Part shown: piece by piece, positions 52,581 through 63,660 of the stretch
Layout of the letters: each line of letters starts with the position of its first letter
Position numbering within the stretch: position 1 is the stretch's first letter
Virus record (IMG/VR): IMGVR_UViG_3300028920_000050
Location: 1-64,000 of that record
DNA: 64,000 nt
Source of the DNA: a virus
Direction: 5' to 3' (one strand)
Notes under the pieces: model-generated
What the model was told of the DNA's origin: nothing
Seen by the model: the letters and a program-made list of their open reading frames with translations, nothing else
Databases searched by the model: none
Program-made: the position numbers and the translations under genes

Positions 52581-54308
52581 CTATTTTACTCTCTCATATA
52601 CTGATGTCGGAGCACGAGAAAGCTTTCTACCAAAAGCATCCCTCTCATCTCTCACGACTGTTTGAACTGGACCTCTACGTCTGAAATCATTAACTACCAG
52701 TTCTTCATTCTTGATCTCTTCTACCTCTCCCATTTCTGGAATATAGGCTGCCCAGGTCATAAGGCTGAGACCATCAAAATAGTCATCGTGTGCACCCTTG
52801 CGCTCCGGGTGGGCGCAGACAATATATTGATTTTTAGTTTTCTTCTCGATAGTTACTACTTCCTTGGCAAGTTCCTTTACCTCTTTATCTACTCGTGCTG
52901 TTCTACTCCACGGTATCCATACACGTCCGCCCTTCATTTCAACAATAAGGTTCTTGGCAAGTTTACTCTTCATGGGTATGCTGTATACAATGGGTTCCAT
53001 CTCCATTTCGTATTCATACTTATTTACAAACCTGTCACCTATGGCATCCCCTACACCAGTACTATCGTATGCCATCTTTATAGGTATTCCACGTGACTCT
53101 CTTATAAAGTCATCAATGACATCACAGATTTCATAAAACTGAGTATCATAGTCTGTTCCTCGCCAAGAATAAATACCTAACACCTGCTTAGGTGGGGCAA
53201 TAGTAAGATCTACTCTCAAGTTCCAGTGCTTAGTTCCTATAACAAGTACTGTCTTGTCGTCCTTCTTGGCAAAGTCCAAGCCGAAGTACAGTTCTGCTCC
53301 ACGCTTAACTACATGCCACCCAAGTTCAAGCTCTGTTTTCTTGTTCTTGTTAAGCATCTTGTCATCAATAGCCATCCCGCCTTCAAACAGCCATTTAAGA
53401 CAGTAAGACTTCTGGAACTCGTCACTGTCCTCACCAAGTTCTTTCTTCTTTTTATCTATGTACGCTTTATAGTATGGGTTCTCGCGGATACCATCTTTGT
53501 AGTCAGACACAAAGGTACATCTTTTATATCCCCTCACTTTCTTTCTTCGGGCCTCTCCATTGGTAATAAGCTTCCAGAACTTGTTCTTTGTTTCTCCCGC
53601 CACACCAAAAAAGAACTCAGAAGCGTTCCACGCAGCACCCATAGGTGAAGCATCAGCATCATAACGAGCAGTGTCTATGTCTTGCGCTTCATCATATTGA
53701 AGTACTTTAAACGTACCAGACTCTACTTTTGCCTGTGGGTGCAGTGAGTACCACTGCATAATAGATCCGTTTGTAAGTTTTATCTTGTCATTTATTTTAC
53801 GCTTGCCTACGTTGATAGCTTTATCAGCCATTATCATCTCAGCATATTCAGTCTCAAGGATCTTATACGTACCTTCCCACACTGCAAGTGCTTGGTACTC
53901 GATGTTAGACATGTGACCTATCCACACACCGTTATTTTTTGGAAAATCAGGATTATAAAACTTAAGAAGTGGTTTGTGTACTGTATGAAAAAGCTTTGCT
54001 ATGATTGGAATGAACAGCATAGCTGCGGCATCAAGGGACCTGAACAGCTCAGTCTTACCTCTCTGCCTTGAGAAAGAAATACCAACAGATGCCGGCTCAT
54101 CGTTAAGCAGGATCTCAAAGAACCTGTAAGCTATCTTTTTTTGGAGGGGGTAAAGATAAGGAAGTCCACTGAACTGCTCTGTTACCGTGACAAGTCTGTC
54201 ACATATCTCTCCAAGATTGAACTTCGTTATTTTAATTCGATCTTTTAAGACATATTGTTCATCATCAGTCAGTGCTTCTTTCATGTCAGCTACATCAGAT
54301 TGCTTCAT
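52581..54308 (-). CDS. terL: Terminase large subunit
   Basis: SRQRGKT Walker A, YDEAQ Walker B, GLDFAK, DSTGVG, HDD nuclease motifs. Confidence 0.9.
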   Translation of the reverse strand: MKQSDVADMKEALTDDEQYVLKDRIKITKFNLGEICDRLVTVTEQFSGLPYLYPLQKKIAYRFFEILLNDEPASVGISFSRQRGKTELFRSLDAAAMLFIPIIAKLFHTVHKPLLKFYNPDFPKNNGVWIGHMSNIEYQALAVWEGTYKILETEYAEMIMADKAINVGKRKINDKIKLTNGSIMQWYSLHPQAKVESGTFKVLQYDEAQDIDTARYDADASPMGAAWNASEFFFGVAGETKNKFWKLITNGEARRKKVRGYKRCTFVSDYKDGIRENPYYKAYIDKKKKELGEDSDEFQKSYCLKWLFEGGMAIDDKMLNKNKKTELELGWHVVKRGAELYFGLDFAKKDDKTVLVIGTKHWNLRVDLTIAPPKQVLGIYSWRGTDYDTQFYEICDVIDDFIRESRGIPIKMAYDSTGVGDAIGDRFVNKYEYEMEMEPIVYSIPMKSKLAKNLIVEMKGGRVWIPWSRTARVDKEVKELAKEVVTIEKKTKNQYIVCAHPERKGAHDDYFDGLSLMTWAAYIPEMGEVEEIKNEELVVNDFRRRGPVQTVVRDERDAFGRKLSRAPTSVYERVK

Positions 54309-54904
54309 TGAACTTCCTTATCTAAAATGTAATATCTTACATTTATGCCTGGGAGTAGAACTCCATAACGGCAGATGTTACATCAACATGCTCATCAACA
54401 GGTTTACCTGTATTAAGCTTTTTGTTGACGAAGGCTATTAACCTCATTGTCCCTTTCGGGGGGCCTTTTTTAGCAGGCGCTTTTTTAGTAGCCGATTTCT
54501 TCTTTACTTTAGCTTTAGGTTTAGCTTTTCCTTTCAGCTTATCCTTAACCTTGGCTACTACACTTTTCTTTTTTTTTGGTTTTGCTTTCGCCATAGCTTT
54601 CCTCCTTATAGTCTTTTAGTAAGTTCATCAATGCCTTCACTCATACCCACATCAATAAGCTTATCAACAGCAGGGTCAATAGCTCCGGCATTAATCCTCT
54701 TCTTCAGTCTGTCTGCAAGACGGGGTGCAAGCTCATTTTTGATCTTGCTTTTAATCATGGGCTTACCCCACGTAAGCAGAGCGTAGCCAACACGTTTAAA
54801 AAACCCTTTAAACTTGGCTCTCCATCCAGTTGACCACCGCTCCTTACGAGCGGCTCTGCGTGCTGCACGTGCGGCACGTCTTTCTTCTCTTGATCTTCCC
54901 ATAT

Positions 54905-55072
54905 TTATTTCCTCCTAATGGTTAGTCCAGTACTTTCATCTTGTTTATTACCGATAGGTGCAATATGTATACTCCCACATCTAGGACAGCAGGCTTCACT
55001 CATTTTCCTGTCCCACTCGTACCTGCATGATGTACATTTGTATCTTCGTGTTTTCGGATTATATATCGGCAT
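54905..55072 (-). CDS. Small Zn-ribbon protein, 55 aa, not in the ORF track
   Basis: Translated by hand: MPIY..YKCTSC...CPRCGS. Confidence 0.55.
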   Translation of the reverse strand: MPIYNPKTRRYKCTSCRYEWDRKMSEACCPRCGSIHIAPIGNKQDESTGLTIRRK

Positions 55073-56103
55073 TATGACGTGTATTCTGGAAGATCAATAA
55101 ACTCGGCTTCAAGCGTTCCTTTCGGTATCTTAAACTTCTTTTCATACCGACCGATCTTCAATATATAATACACATCTTCTCCGGTGTCTGCTGTCATGGT
55201 ATCTGTTTCAATAAGATCCACTTCAGCTACTCCATCCCCGTCAAGATCAAGAACAAAGTCCTTGTCCCTTCTGACCTGGGCATTTCCATACCATGCCCAC
55301 TCACGATTAATGTAAACCAGTGACTCTTTTTCTGCGTAGTTCTCACCAAGCATGTTTACAATATCAAAGCGCACCTTACAGGTTTCCTTTTCCTTGGGAG
55401 TAATACCTACACTTACCTTCCTTACGTAGAATGGAAGAATAAAAGCAGTTTCGTCACCACCCGCCTCTGGTATTAAATATACTTTGTCGTAATAAAGCTT
55501 GGCGAGAGTAATAGCATTTGCAAGCTGATACCCGAACCTCCCTGTTATAGATCCATGAGGAGTTATTGATGTTATTGTTTCAAGGGGAACACCGACACCA
55601 TAGTCCTTTTTAGCTTCATCAATGTCATCATATATTTCAACTCTGACAACACTATCAGGATTTAAGGCTATTTTATTTTTAAAGAACTGGGCAGAAAGTA
55701 CAAGCGGAGTATCCTGTACAGTAAGATCAAAACGATCTACACCAGTACCAAGTAACTCATATATAGTATCGAGTTCTTCATTTATATCAATCTCATCATA
55801 TCCAAAGTAATCCTCCCCGTCTTTTTGGGAAGTATACTTAACTTTGTACTGTGCTGCACCTAAAGGCGGAGTCCAGTTATAAAAATACTCTCCGTCAACA
55901 TCTTCATTCATACCGTCAACAGAAAGTATTAACTCTACAGTATCATCCCCATTCATACGATAGAGATCCAATTTCGGATAATTTGCCGGCTGATCTACAA
56001 TTTTACTATCGTGCCCTATAGTGAAAGCATGAAGCGTAATACGTTTTCCTGCTGTAGCTCTTATCCTTGCCATTAAGCTGCCCTCCTCCTGTATCCTAAA
56101 CAC
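55072..56103 (-). CDS. Putative virion structural protein
   Basis: Acidic, beta-rich, located in the tail gene block. Confidence 0.45.
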   Translation of the reverse strand: MFRIQEEGSLMARIRATAGKRITLHAFTIGHDSKIVDQPANYPKLDLYRMNGDDTVELILSVDGMNEDVDGEYFYNWTPPLGAAQYKVKYTSQKDGEDYFGYDEIDINEELDTIYELLGTGVDRFDLTVQDTPLVLSAQFFKNKIALNPDSVVRVEIYDDIDEAKKDYGVGVPLETITSITPHGSITGRFGYQLANAITLAKLYYDKVYLIPEAGGDETAFILPFYVRKVSVGITPKEKETCKVRFDIVNMLGENYAEKESLVYINREWAWYGNAQVRRDKDFVLDLDGDGVAEVDLIETDTMTADTGEDVYYILKIGRYEKKFKIPKGTLEAEFIDLPEYTS

Positions 56104-56759
56104 AAATCTCCCGAATCATCAAACTCAGGAGTACCCGATATAAAATCAGCATCATTATCAGCGTCAGTTATATCAGTTACCAAATTACTTGTTATTACAG
56201 TCCCCGGTTCTCTTTCAAAAAAAGTCCACCGTAAAATATTACTTAAAACATTTCCGTCTCGTCCCCTAGCGGTATACATTAATTCAATTTCCTCTACAGG
56301 TAAAACACGGGAATAACAACGAGGATCACCATATACACCTGTAAATGTATTTCCTGTTTCTCCTAAATGAAAACCATCATCCGTACTAAACGTAATACTT
56401 GTACTGTTAGTAGCTACCTCAACAGCATTTACATACATACGCACAGTACTTCCATCCCAAGTAAGAGTAATAAAAATTGGATCAAGTGCTGACGTTAAAA
56501 CATCTACTTCCCGACAATGATGTGTACTACCTGTACTATCCTGAAAAAAACCGTCAAGCCTATCACTACTACCTGCTTCCTCTCGTATCTGTGCTATAGG
56601 ATAAGGTGATCCTGTCCACAAACACATACGAAGATTTCCAGTAGTAAAATCCTGATCGGGTATAAGCCAAAAAGAAATAGAGCAAGTATTACTTCCGCTT
56701 ATACCTAAAGCAGAAGAAGTACGGATACGATCTCCCGTTGAAATAATACAGGCTGACAT
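56073..56759 (-). CDS. LamG/concanavalin A-like domain virion protein
   Basis: SISFW, ITLTWDG..VRMYVN, R.Y.RVL...EI. Confidence 0.8.
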   Translation of the reverse strand: MSACIISTGDRIRTSSALGISGSNTCSISFWLIPDQDFTTGNLRMCLWTGSPYPIAQIREEAGSSDRLDGFFQDSTGSTHHCREVDVLTSALDPIFITLTWDGSTVRMYVNAVEVATNSTSITFSTDDGFHLGETGNTFTGVYGDPRCYSRVLPVEEIELMYTARGRDGNVLSNILRWTFFEREPGTVITSNLVTDITDADNDADFISGTPEFDDSGDLCLGYRRRAA

Positions 56760-59413
56760 TATAAGTCCCCCGTATTTGTAAAGAATACTTCGACCCCGGC
56801 AAACTTTACATTATAAGAAAAAGTATTACTGCCATTATCATGATCCCGTACCAAACAAAACTGAGCCTTATTTCCTGCTACCAACGTAGAAGAAAAATCA
56901 TCAAAATTAATCTTACCAAAAGTATCACTTTCAAGATTTACAACCTGCCAAGCAAGACTTGAAGGAAGTGTTATTACACCTACAGTTAAAGCACTCGTCC
57001 ATGCCGACCATGTTCCATTATGAGCCTTTTGTCTCATATATAATTGAAATACAAAGTTTCCACCTGTTCCACCCCCGCCATTGGCATTTTTAACTTCAAC
57101 CCGCATTACCATAGCATTTGAGTTTTCATGTACCGGGACAGTAAAACCTATCGCTTCACTTTCAGTATTCCTAAATCGTGCAACTTTTACTGCAAAGTCA
57201 TCACCGTCCGCAATAACACCTACGGGATTATTTACCGCCCAATCATTTACATTACACGGCTCCATTTGATCCGGCTGAAAATAATATCGCCTTGCACTTG
57301 CCCCCGCACCTATAGGAGTTAAAGAAATATCATCCCACCACATTTCATGGCTTGTAGTCATATTTGTCAAAATACGAAGCGTAAGTGAAGTATGCTCTCG
57401 ACTATCATAATAAGTTTCTGCTGTCTGCCATTGATCAAGAACTGAATTAGAGGTATTTATTGTAAACTCACCATCACTATCGTTAAGATCAAGGGCTGAA
57501 GTTGCAGGTACTTCCCCTGTTTTTTTATAAAACCAAATCTTAATTCTGTACCTAGTATATGGCTGTACTGAAATTGTACAGTTCAAAGTCTGTACTGAAC
57601 CATTCCCCGTATGCTTCATAGACCATGTACCTATATTAGACCTGTCATTCACCCGTGTATATGAACTATGCTGTGTCCATCCGTCAGCAGATATACCTGT
57701 GCCTGCTTCAAAAGATGGATTGCCTATTATATTCTCAGGACTATAAGCAGGATCATGATAATGATAAGGGTCGGCAGATACTCCATTGAGTATTGACAAT
57801 GGAACCCATGCTCCGCCATAATAAATAACCGGATAACCTAGTGTAGTATCATTTACTATAAACCCTGCTTTAGGAGCATTTATCTGACCTCTTTGTGTAG
57901 TTGTAAGCTGTGGAGGTTGATCCATAACGGTATTTGTACCGTTGTCTACTATATCATCTGCAAAATTACCGTAAAGTACATTACCTGTTGATCCAGATGC
58001 TATATTAATCTCATCAACAAGATGTCCCTGTATATAGTTGCCAGCAATAACGCAGTTATCAGCACCATCAATTTCTATACCATAGTCACTCGTACCTGTT
58101 ATGTGATTATTACATATAACTGAATTATTGCAGGCAGCAGAAAGTGTTATACCGTTAGTTTCGTTCGTTCCTATAGTATTATTTACTATTTCAAGATTGG
58201 CCCCCGTTCCATCTATCCCTTGTGAGGCATTATTAGTTATAGTACACCCACGTATCTTTACCCCTGCCCCTACATCACATCCTTTGTTATCATTACTGTT
58301 TATTGTGCATCCTATTAAAGATATACGTACAGCACCATCAACTACTTCAACACCATCCCCGTCATTAAAAAGAGAATGACACATATTAAGTGTAAGGTCA
58401 GCACATGTTGCTCTTATGTTGTAACCACTTGTTCCATTACTATGGCTTATAGCAGACACAACCCGTATAGCACTTGATTCTGCAAAACGAAAACCACCTG
58501 TTGTGCAGTTTTCTGCATAACAATTATCATCAATAGATCCGCTATGACTATCTACAATATTGAAACCGTTGGCTCCTGTGTTTCTCATAGCACAATGACT
58601 TAAACTAAAATTACAGCAGTCCCGGATCTCAATCCCGTTATCCGAACTATTACTGACATCTACATTCTCAAGCTTAAGACCAACTACTCCACGAATAAGC
58701 ACAGCTTCAAGGACAGAGTTTATAACTGTTACATTTTCTATCTTAACTCCAGTGTACATAGGACGACTGTACATACTCTGTCCAGAAATATTATCTCCTT
58801 TCCAGTTATATTTAATGTTAAGAAGTAGGTCAGTTGGTATAGTGTCAATCTCAACGTATGCTGACCCAAGTAGAATGTAGTCACCAGGACTTAGGTTTGT
58901 AAAAGAAGTACCAACTCCATTTACAATAGTAGATCCGCTGTTTACAGAAACTGTACCTGCGGTTTCAGGAGATATACCTGAAGAACATAGTATGTGATAA
59001 GATGCATTATTAAAATCAATAATGGTTCCTTTCTCACATATAAGCTGTCCTCCATCGGGTATTACTACATCAGCTGTTTCTGTGTAAGTTGATTTGCGTA
59101 CAAATACAGTTTTATGTCCTGCGGTATATGCAGCAGCTACTGAGGTGTAATGCCCTGCCTGTCCAGCAGGTGCTACAATAGCATCATAGCCTATACGAAG
59201 AGATCTCTCTGTAACGAACTTTGTCCAATCGTTGTCTCCATTTCCGTATTTAAGCCATGCTAATGCTTCTGCTTCAGAGGTATCAAGTACAACAACACCT
59301 TTTACAGCTGATTGCCCCATAGGGGTAGAGGTATCCTCGTTAAAGACACCCGCTTTATCATTGAAAGATATGCCCCTCTTAAAATGAGAAGCTCGTCCTA
59401 CATTAAAAGACAC
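56759..59413 (-). CDS. Tailspike: right-handed beta-helix plus CBM4/9-like domain
   Basis: Repeated NGI.I/NC.I..N.I parallel beta-helix units; NIIGNPSFE..GW carbohydrate-binding module. Confidence 0.8.
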   Translation of the reverse strand: MSFNVGRASHFKRGISFNDKAGVFNEDTSTPMGQSAVKGVVVLDTSEAEALAWLKYGNGDNDWTKFVTERSLRIGYDAIVAPAGQAGHYTSVAAAYTAGHKTVFVRKSTYTETADVVIPDGGQLICEKGTIIDFNNASYHILCSSGISPETAGTVSVNSGSTIVNGVGTSFTNLSPGDYILLGSAYVEIDTIPTDLLLNIKYNWKGDNISGQSMYSRPMYTGVKIENVTVINSVLEAVLIRGVVGLKLENVDVSNSSDNGIEIRDCCNFSLSHCAMRNTGANGFNIVDSHSGSIDDNCYAENCTTGGFRFAESSAIRVVSAISHSNGTSGYNIRATCADLTLNMCHSLFNDGDGVEVVDGAVRISLIGCTINSNDNKGCDVGAGVKIRGCTITNNASQGIDGTGANLEIVNNTIGTNETNGITLSAACNNSVICNNHITGTSDYGIEIDGADNCVIAGNYIQGHLVDEINIASGSTGNVLYGNFADDIVDNGTNTVMDQPPQLTTTQRGQINAPKAGFIVNDTTLGYPVIYYGGAWVPLSILNGVSADPYHYHDPAYSPENIIGNPSFEAGTGISADGWTQHSSYTRVNDRSNIGTWSMKHTGNGSVQTLNCTISVQPYTRYRIKIWFYKKTGEVPATSALDLNDSDGEFTINTSNSVLDQWQTAETYYDSREHTSLTLRILTNMTTSHEMWWDDISLTPIGAGASARRYYFQPDQMEPCNVNDWAVNNPVGVIADGDDFAVKVARFRNTESEAIGFTVPVHENSNAMVMRVEVKNANGGGGTGGNFVFQLYMRQKAHNGTWSAWTSALTVGVITLPSSLAWQVVNLESDTFGKINFDDFSSTLVAGNKAQFCLVRDHDNGSNTFSYNVKFAGVEVFFTNTGDL

Positions 59414-59424
59414 TTGCTAACTCC

Positions 59425-61224
59425 TTACAGTACTTTCCTCCGCACAATACGCACCCCGGCATTTACGTCAGACGTAAGCTTAAGCCGTAAGTCATTACCA
59501 TTCTTGTCTGCATCAATAACTACATTTGGAGGAGTTCCGATATCTTCCCAGTTATCATCAGAAAGATCCACTGTAACAGAATCTTTATGTGCAAGACAAG
59601 TTATCTCAGCAGCAGTCGCATCTGTGTCATCAGCAGTAGACCATACTGTTATATCCCACTTGTAACGATGAATGGCACTAAGAGTAATAGTATCAACAAC
59701 CTTCTCTACAGTAGCAGCCAGGGTATCATTAATCTCAATACCAAGTCTATCAACTACATTAAGAAGATCCTGAATGTTCTGTTTAATATCTTCGTTGTCC
59801 GTAATACGTTTAGGGATCTCAGTACTGTTCTCTTGAGTATAAGTACCCATATGAATATTACTCTGAGCATAATTGGCAGTTCCTGTAAGAATAGATCCTA
59901 TGTTATCTATATTGCCGTCAAGTTTAGCAATACAGGTCTCAAGATCATCACTTGCCAGTATGTTCCCCGCACTTGCTGCATACCCGACAGATAGTCGCAC
60001 AGCCTGGGCAGCCGCAATAAGTATGCGAATAAGAAATACAAGGTCAGACCCATTGTGCCTTATAACAGTAACTGTCTCTGATGTATCTGGATCAGAAGTG
60101 AGATCGAACTGTACAAAGAATACATCATTCTCTACAAGCTGATCTACTCCTGCGGTAGTTACTTTTAAAGTACCAGCGTCATCATATACCCTGAATACTT
60201 TATGAGTGTCAGTACCATTATCACGTGATACCAGAAGGTCTCCATCTGAAAAGAAACCAATAGGTAATTGTGTAGGTGCGGCATCATCATCAAAATAACC
60301 AACCTGAGATCCTGCATCAAGAATACTTGCAAGGGTAGTACCATTACTTGCTGCTCTTAGTGAAGCGTCATCTGTCATGACTACAGGTGTTTCTTTATAC
60401 CAATTCATACCTGTAGTGAGTGCCGCAATATTATCAACATTGGTTTTCATCTGACCATCAAGGTCACTCAGATTTTTAAGCAGTTGCTCCGCTTTACTCC
60501 AATAGTTCTCATTCGTAACTACACTATCGGGTCCGATTGCACTATCAAGATCATCAATGTGTTTACGTATCGCTTCGGTATTTACAAGTTGATTATTAGA
60601 TCTTACCTGCGGTGTTACAACGGCTCCTACTTTTGTATCAAGCTTTCCAATGGCAGCTTCAAGATCATCACTGTTTGCCACTACAAATGTAGATGAGTAA
60701 GACGGCAATTCATTTCCAACCGCCCCCTTCCCGATAAAAGCGTTAACGTAAGGAACATCTGCATCCAGTTTTCCGATTGCAGTTACAAGACTATCGTTGT
60801 CTGCTACTACATTAGTGTTATCATAGTCGGGCATACTATTGCCGGCAGACTTGCCCATGAAAGAAAGAGAATACCCTGCTTCAGCATCAAGCTTACCACA
60901 AGCCTCTTCAAGGCTATCTCCGTCAGTAATTATATTCTCTGATGTATAATCAGGAATATCACTTCCAGCTGATTTACCCATAAAAGTGTTCTGGTAACCA
61001 TCCTCAAGTGATCCGCTACCAGAAGATACCTTTACCCAATCAGTATTTCCTGCTCCTGTCTTTCTCCACTTCTCAGCAGTGCCTCCGTTGTTTCTCCATA
61101 ACTCAGATCCTATGTTGGCGGCATACCCACCGCCTGCACTCGGATCAATATCGTCTGGAATTAATGACGGACCGTTTCTAATCTCAAGACCAGCTGCACC
61201 TATTTTTGATTTTGTTGAAGGCAT
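59425..61224 (-). CDS. Tail fibre-like protein with internal repeats
   Basis: Three or more ~43-aa repeats FMGKSAG..PDY..N...D.DSL..A.GKLD. Confidence 0.65.
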   Translation of the reverse strand: MPSTKSKIGAAGLEIRNGPSLIPDDIDPSAGGGYAANIGSELWRNNGGTAEKWRKTGAGNTDWVKVSSGSGSLEDGYQNTFMGKSAGSDIPDYTSENIITDGDSLEEACGKLDAEAGYSLSFMGKSAGNSMPDYDNTNVVADNDSLVTAIGKLDADVPYVNAFIGKGAVGNELPSYSSTFVVANSDDLEAAIGKLDTKVGAVVTPQVRSNNQLVNTEAIRKHIDDLDSAIGPDSVVTNENYWSKAEQLLKNLSDLDGQMKTNVDNIAALTTGMNWYKETPVVMTDDASLRAASNGTTLASILDAGSQVGYFDDDAAPTQLPIGFFSDGDLLVSRDNGTDTHKVFRVYDDAGTLKVTTAGVDQLVENDVFFVQFDLTSDPDTSETVTVIRHNGSDLVFLIRILIAAAQAVRLSVGYAASAGNILASDDLETCIAKLDGNIDNIGSILTGTANYAQSNIHMGTYTQENSTEIPKRITDNEDIKQNIQDLLNVVDRLGIEINDTLAATVEKVVDTITLSAIHRYKWDITVWSTADDTDATAAEITCLAHKDSVTVDLSDDNWEDIGTPPNVVIDADKNGNDLRLKLTSDVNAGVRIVRRKVL

Positions 61225-61235
61225 ATTAAATCTCC

Positions 61236-61631
61236 TTAAATAAAGTTACGCACCACCTTACAGGTGATCGTATGTATTTCATTATTCTGTACATACAAGT
61301 TTATGTATGTGCCATCAAATGTTATATTTATAACGTGCGGAATCTCTGGTCCTACAATATCCCAAGTTTGATAATCGGGATTGGTTGCATCTACATGTGC
61401 TACTACTAATTTGTATTGCAGATATTTTTTAAGTGTTGGATCTTCAATATAGACCCACCACTCTACTGACTTATTGAGAGCGACTTCAAACTTATCGACA
61501 AGAGAGTTTACAGAAGCATTTATATTTACTTCAGACTTCTGACTTACCTCCTCCTCGATCTGTTCTTCAATATATTCCTCAAGTCCGTCAATATGTTCGG
61601 GAGGTATTTTACCAGTTAGTATAATAGCCAT
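61236..61631 (-). CDS. Putative structural protein
   Basis: Beta-rich; resembles the C-terminus of the adjacent fibre protein. Confidence 0.45.
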   Translation of the reverse strand: MAIILTGKIPPEHIDGLEEYIEEQIEEEVSQKSEVNINASVNSLVDKFEVALNKSVEWWVYIEDPTLKKYLQYKLVVAHVDATNPDYQTWDIVGPEIPHVINITFDGTYINLYVQNNEIHTITCKVVRNFI

Positions 61632-62233
61632 TAAAAACTAACCCTCCGCATCCAGCTTCTCCAGAAGATCTCCTGACTAGGATCTTTCTTTATGATCTTC
61701 TTATATCGTATATATTGTTCCCCGTTTAGAGCCTTCATAAGTGGCCCCTCGTCCCTTGGAAGAAGCATATTGGCTGCATTTAGTGTTTTCATCCCTATTT
61801 TACCATCTACAACCAAATCTGCGTAGAGTCTGCTGTCATTGTTCCTATTAAGTGTATTTAGGGCCTCCTGAAGCACTCTGACGGCCCCTGAGATCCCGCA
61901 ATTCACTCCTGTATCAAATAACTCGTGCTGGACCTTCTCAGAGGCAACAGAGCTTAATCTGAGGGCTTCCCAATATTCCTTGTCATAAAAGGCTTCTATC
62001 TTCTTTCTAAGGAACTGGTGCTTATCGAGAACTTTACTGAACTCTTTCCATTCAGCTTTTGTCGTAAGCTTCCGCCCGTCCTTGAGCATATCAATAGTTT
62101 TCCACCCTTCCCAGGATGGGTGCTTCTTCCGGGCAATCCCGCAGTATGTTTCGCCCCCACGATCTTTCTTGTGGTTACAGTAGCCACCTTCAAACTTCTC
62201 GACTACTTCACCAATAATATCCTGTTTAGTCAT
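61631..62233 (-). CDS. Endolysin, glycoside hydrolase family 108 with PG-binding domain (start reassigned after AGGAG RBS)
   Basis: FEGGY.NH..DRGGETY.GI, FD.GVN.G, LQ.ALN, VDG.IG..T, W..R. Confidence 0.9.
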   Translation of the reverse strand: MTKQDIIGEVVEKFEGGYCNHKKDRGGETYCGIARKKHPSWEGWKTIDMLKDGRKLTTKAEWKEFSKVLDKHQFLRKKIEAFYDKEYWEALRLSSVASEKVQHELFDTGVNCGISGAVRVLQEALNTLNRNNDSRLYADLVVDGKIGMKTLNAANMLLPRDEGPLMKALNGEQYIRYKKIIKKDPSQEIFWRSWMRRVSF

Positions 62234-62280
62234 CTTCTTTCTCCTATTGAATAGTTTTGAAAGAAACATAACGTACACCT

Positions 62281-62724
62281 TTATTTTGAAAATAGTTTCA
62301 ACAGTAATGTAAAAAATAAACCTACGGTAGCTCCTGAACCTATAGCAAGTCCAACGAGTTTCCATATTGATAAAGATACTTTCTCAAGTTTTCCTTCTGC
62401 GATAGAAACACGTTTGTCAATCTCTTTTCCGTATTTCTTCTCAGACTCCTTGAAGTCGATTAACTCTTTAGCTTGATTTGCAATCTCCTGTTCTATCTTT
62501 ATAATTTTATCGTGATCCTTCTGCCAGTTATCCTTAAGTTCTGTCATTGTATTCTCAAGACGACTTATATCATTTTTAATATTTGTATAATTATGTTTTA
62601 CTAAAGTAGCTACAGATCCTATATCCTTGCTCAGCGACCCTGTGACAGATTTTATATTTTCTCTGATGCCCTCAAACGCTGATTTGAGCATCTCATCCAT
62701 GACAACTTTAACTTCATCAGGCAA
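62281..62724 (-). CDS. Coiled-coil protein with C-terminal TM (holin/hemolysin-like)
   Basis: Heptad repeats, then WKLVGLAIGSGATVGLFFTLLL; adjacent to the endolysin. Confidence 0.5.
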   Translation of the reverse strand: MPDEVKVVMDEMLKSAFEGIRENIKSVTGSLSKDIGSVATLVKHNYTNIKNDISRLENTMTELKDNWQKDHDKIIKIEQEIANQAKELIDFKESEKKYGKEIDKRVSIAEGKLEKVSLSIWKLVGLAIGSGATVGLFFTLLLKLFSK

Positions 62725-62736
62725 TTTAATTCCCTC

Positions 62737-63660
62737 CTAAATAAGTAGCTCCGGTAAAAAGCTATTCGCCCACTGCTCTCCTATTATCTTGTAGGTTTGA
62801 AGATATTTGTTTTTAACTTTATCGAGATCCATCAGTTTATTCGGTATTCTCCCGTCTACCCTGAAAACATTAAGACCAAGTTCCTCTGCATCATTAACCT
62901 GTTCCCATATAGCCTGCTCACGTGCTATCGGTAAGAAGTTTTTTATCTGACGTATAAACCCTTGTCTCTCTTCTGTTCCAAGATTAGTATAGCCACACCC
63001 ACAGGAGAGTATAAAATAATTAGATCCTGCTTTAAGCCTTCTGGTTTCTATGTAAGCTTGCATAAGTGTACAACTTTGTGTACCACATCCGCCATCTGTC
63101 CATATACCACCCTCTTTATCTCCGGACTTAAGAACATCTTTTTTGTCCTCAAAGTACCCAAAATAAGTCGGCGCTGAATATGTTGCCATAACAGGAAAGG
63201 CAGTAATAATATCTTTATACTTTTTCTTATAAGATTTAAAAAAATGAGTAAGCTTAGAGTCCTTCATATTAATTCCAGTAACAACAAGCTTTATCTTTGC
63301 TTTATTCATAGGAAAATGAAGATACTTTAACATAAGAGCATCAGCGTACCCACGCTTGTACCTAGATCCTGTAAACCATGTTGCAGGATTAAAAAGCCCA
63401 AGAAATCTCTTCTTAAATATCTTTTTAAGTTCCTTAAGATACATATCTAAGATCTTTGATGCAGGCATACCCGAAGCAATAAGAGCAGCGGTTATTCCTC
63501 CGGTAGATGTGCCTATAACCAGATCAAATATCTTGTGACATGGTTTACCCAGTGCTTTTTCAAGTCTTGAAAGAAAAGCAAGAAACATTACACCCTTCGC
63601 CCCGCCACCGTCAAGCTGAAGTACTTTTAACTTTTTATTATATTTAGATTTTAATTTCAT
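62737..63660 (-). CDS. Patatin-like phospholipase
   Basis: LDGGGAKG, GTSTGG (GxSxG), SAPTYF, DGG. Confidence 0.92.
   Translation of the reverse strand: MKLKSKYNKKLKVLQLDGGGAKGVMFLAFLSRLEKALGKPCHKIFDLVIGTSTGGITAALIASGMPASKILDMYLKELKKIFKKRFLGLFNPATWFTGSRYKRGYADALMLKYLHFPMNKAKIKLVVTGINMKDSKLTHFFKSYKKKYKDIITAFPVMATYSAPTYFGYFEDKKDVLKSGDKEGGIWTDGGCGTQSCTLMQAYIETRRLKAGSNYFILSCGCGYTNLGTEERQGFIRQIKNFLPIAREQAIWEQVNDAEELGLNVFRVDGRIPNKLMDLDKVKNKYLQTYKIIGEQWANSFLPELLI

Noticed and set aside
62737-63660. CBASS CapV effector
   Set aside because: No CD-NTase is adjacent; the context is a lysis cassette.
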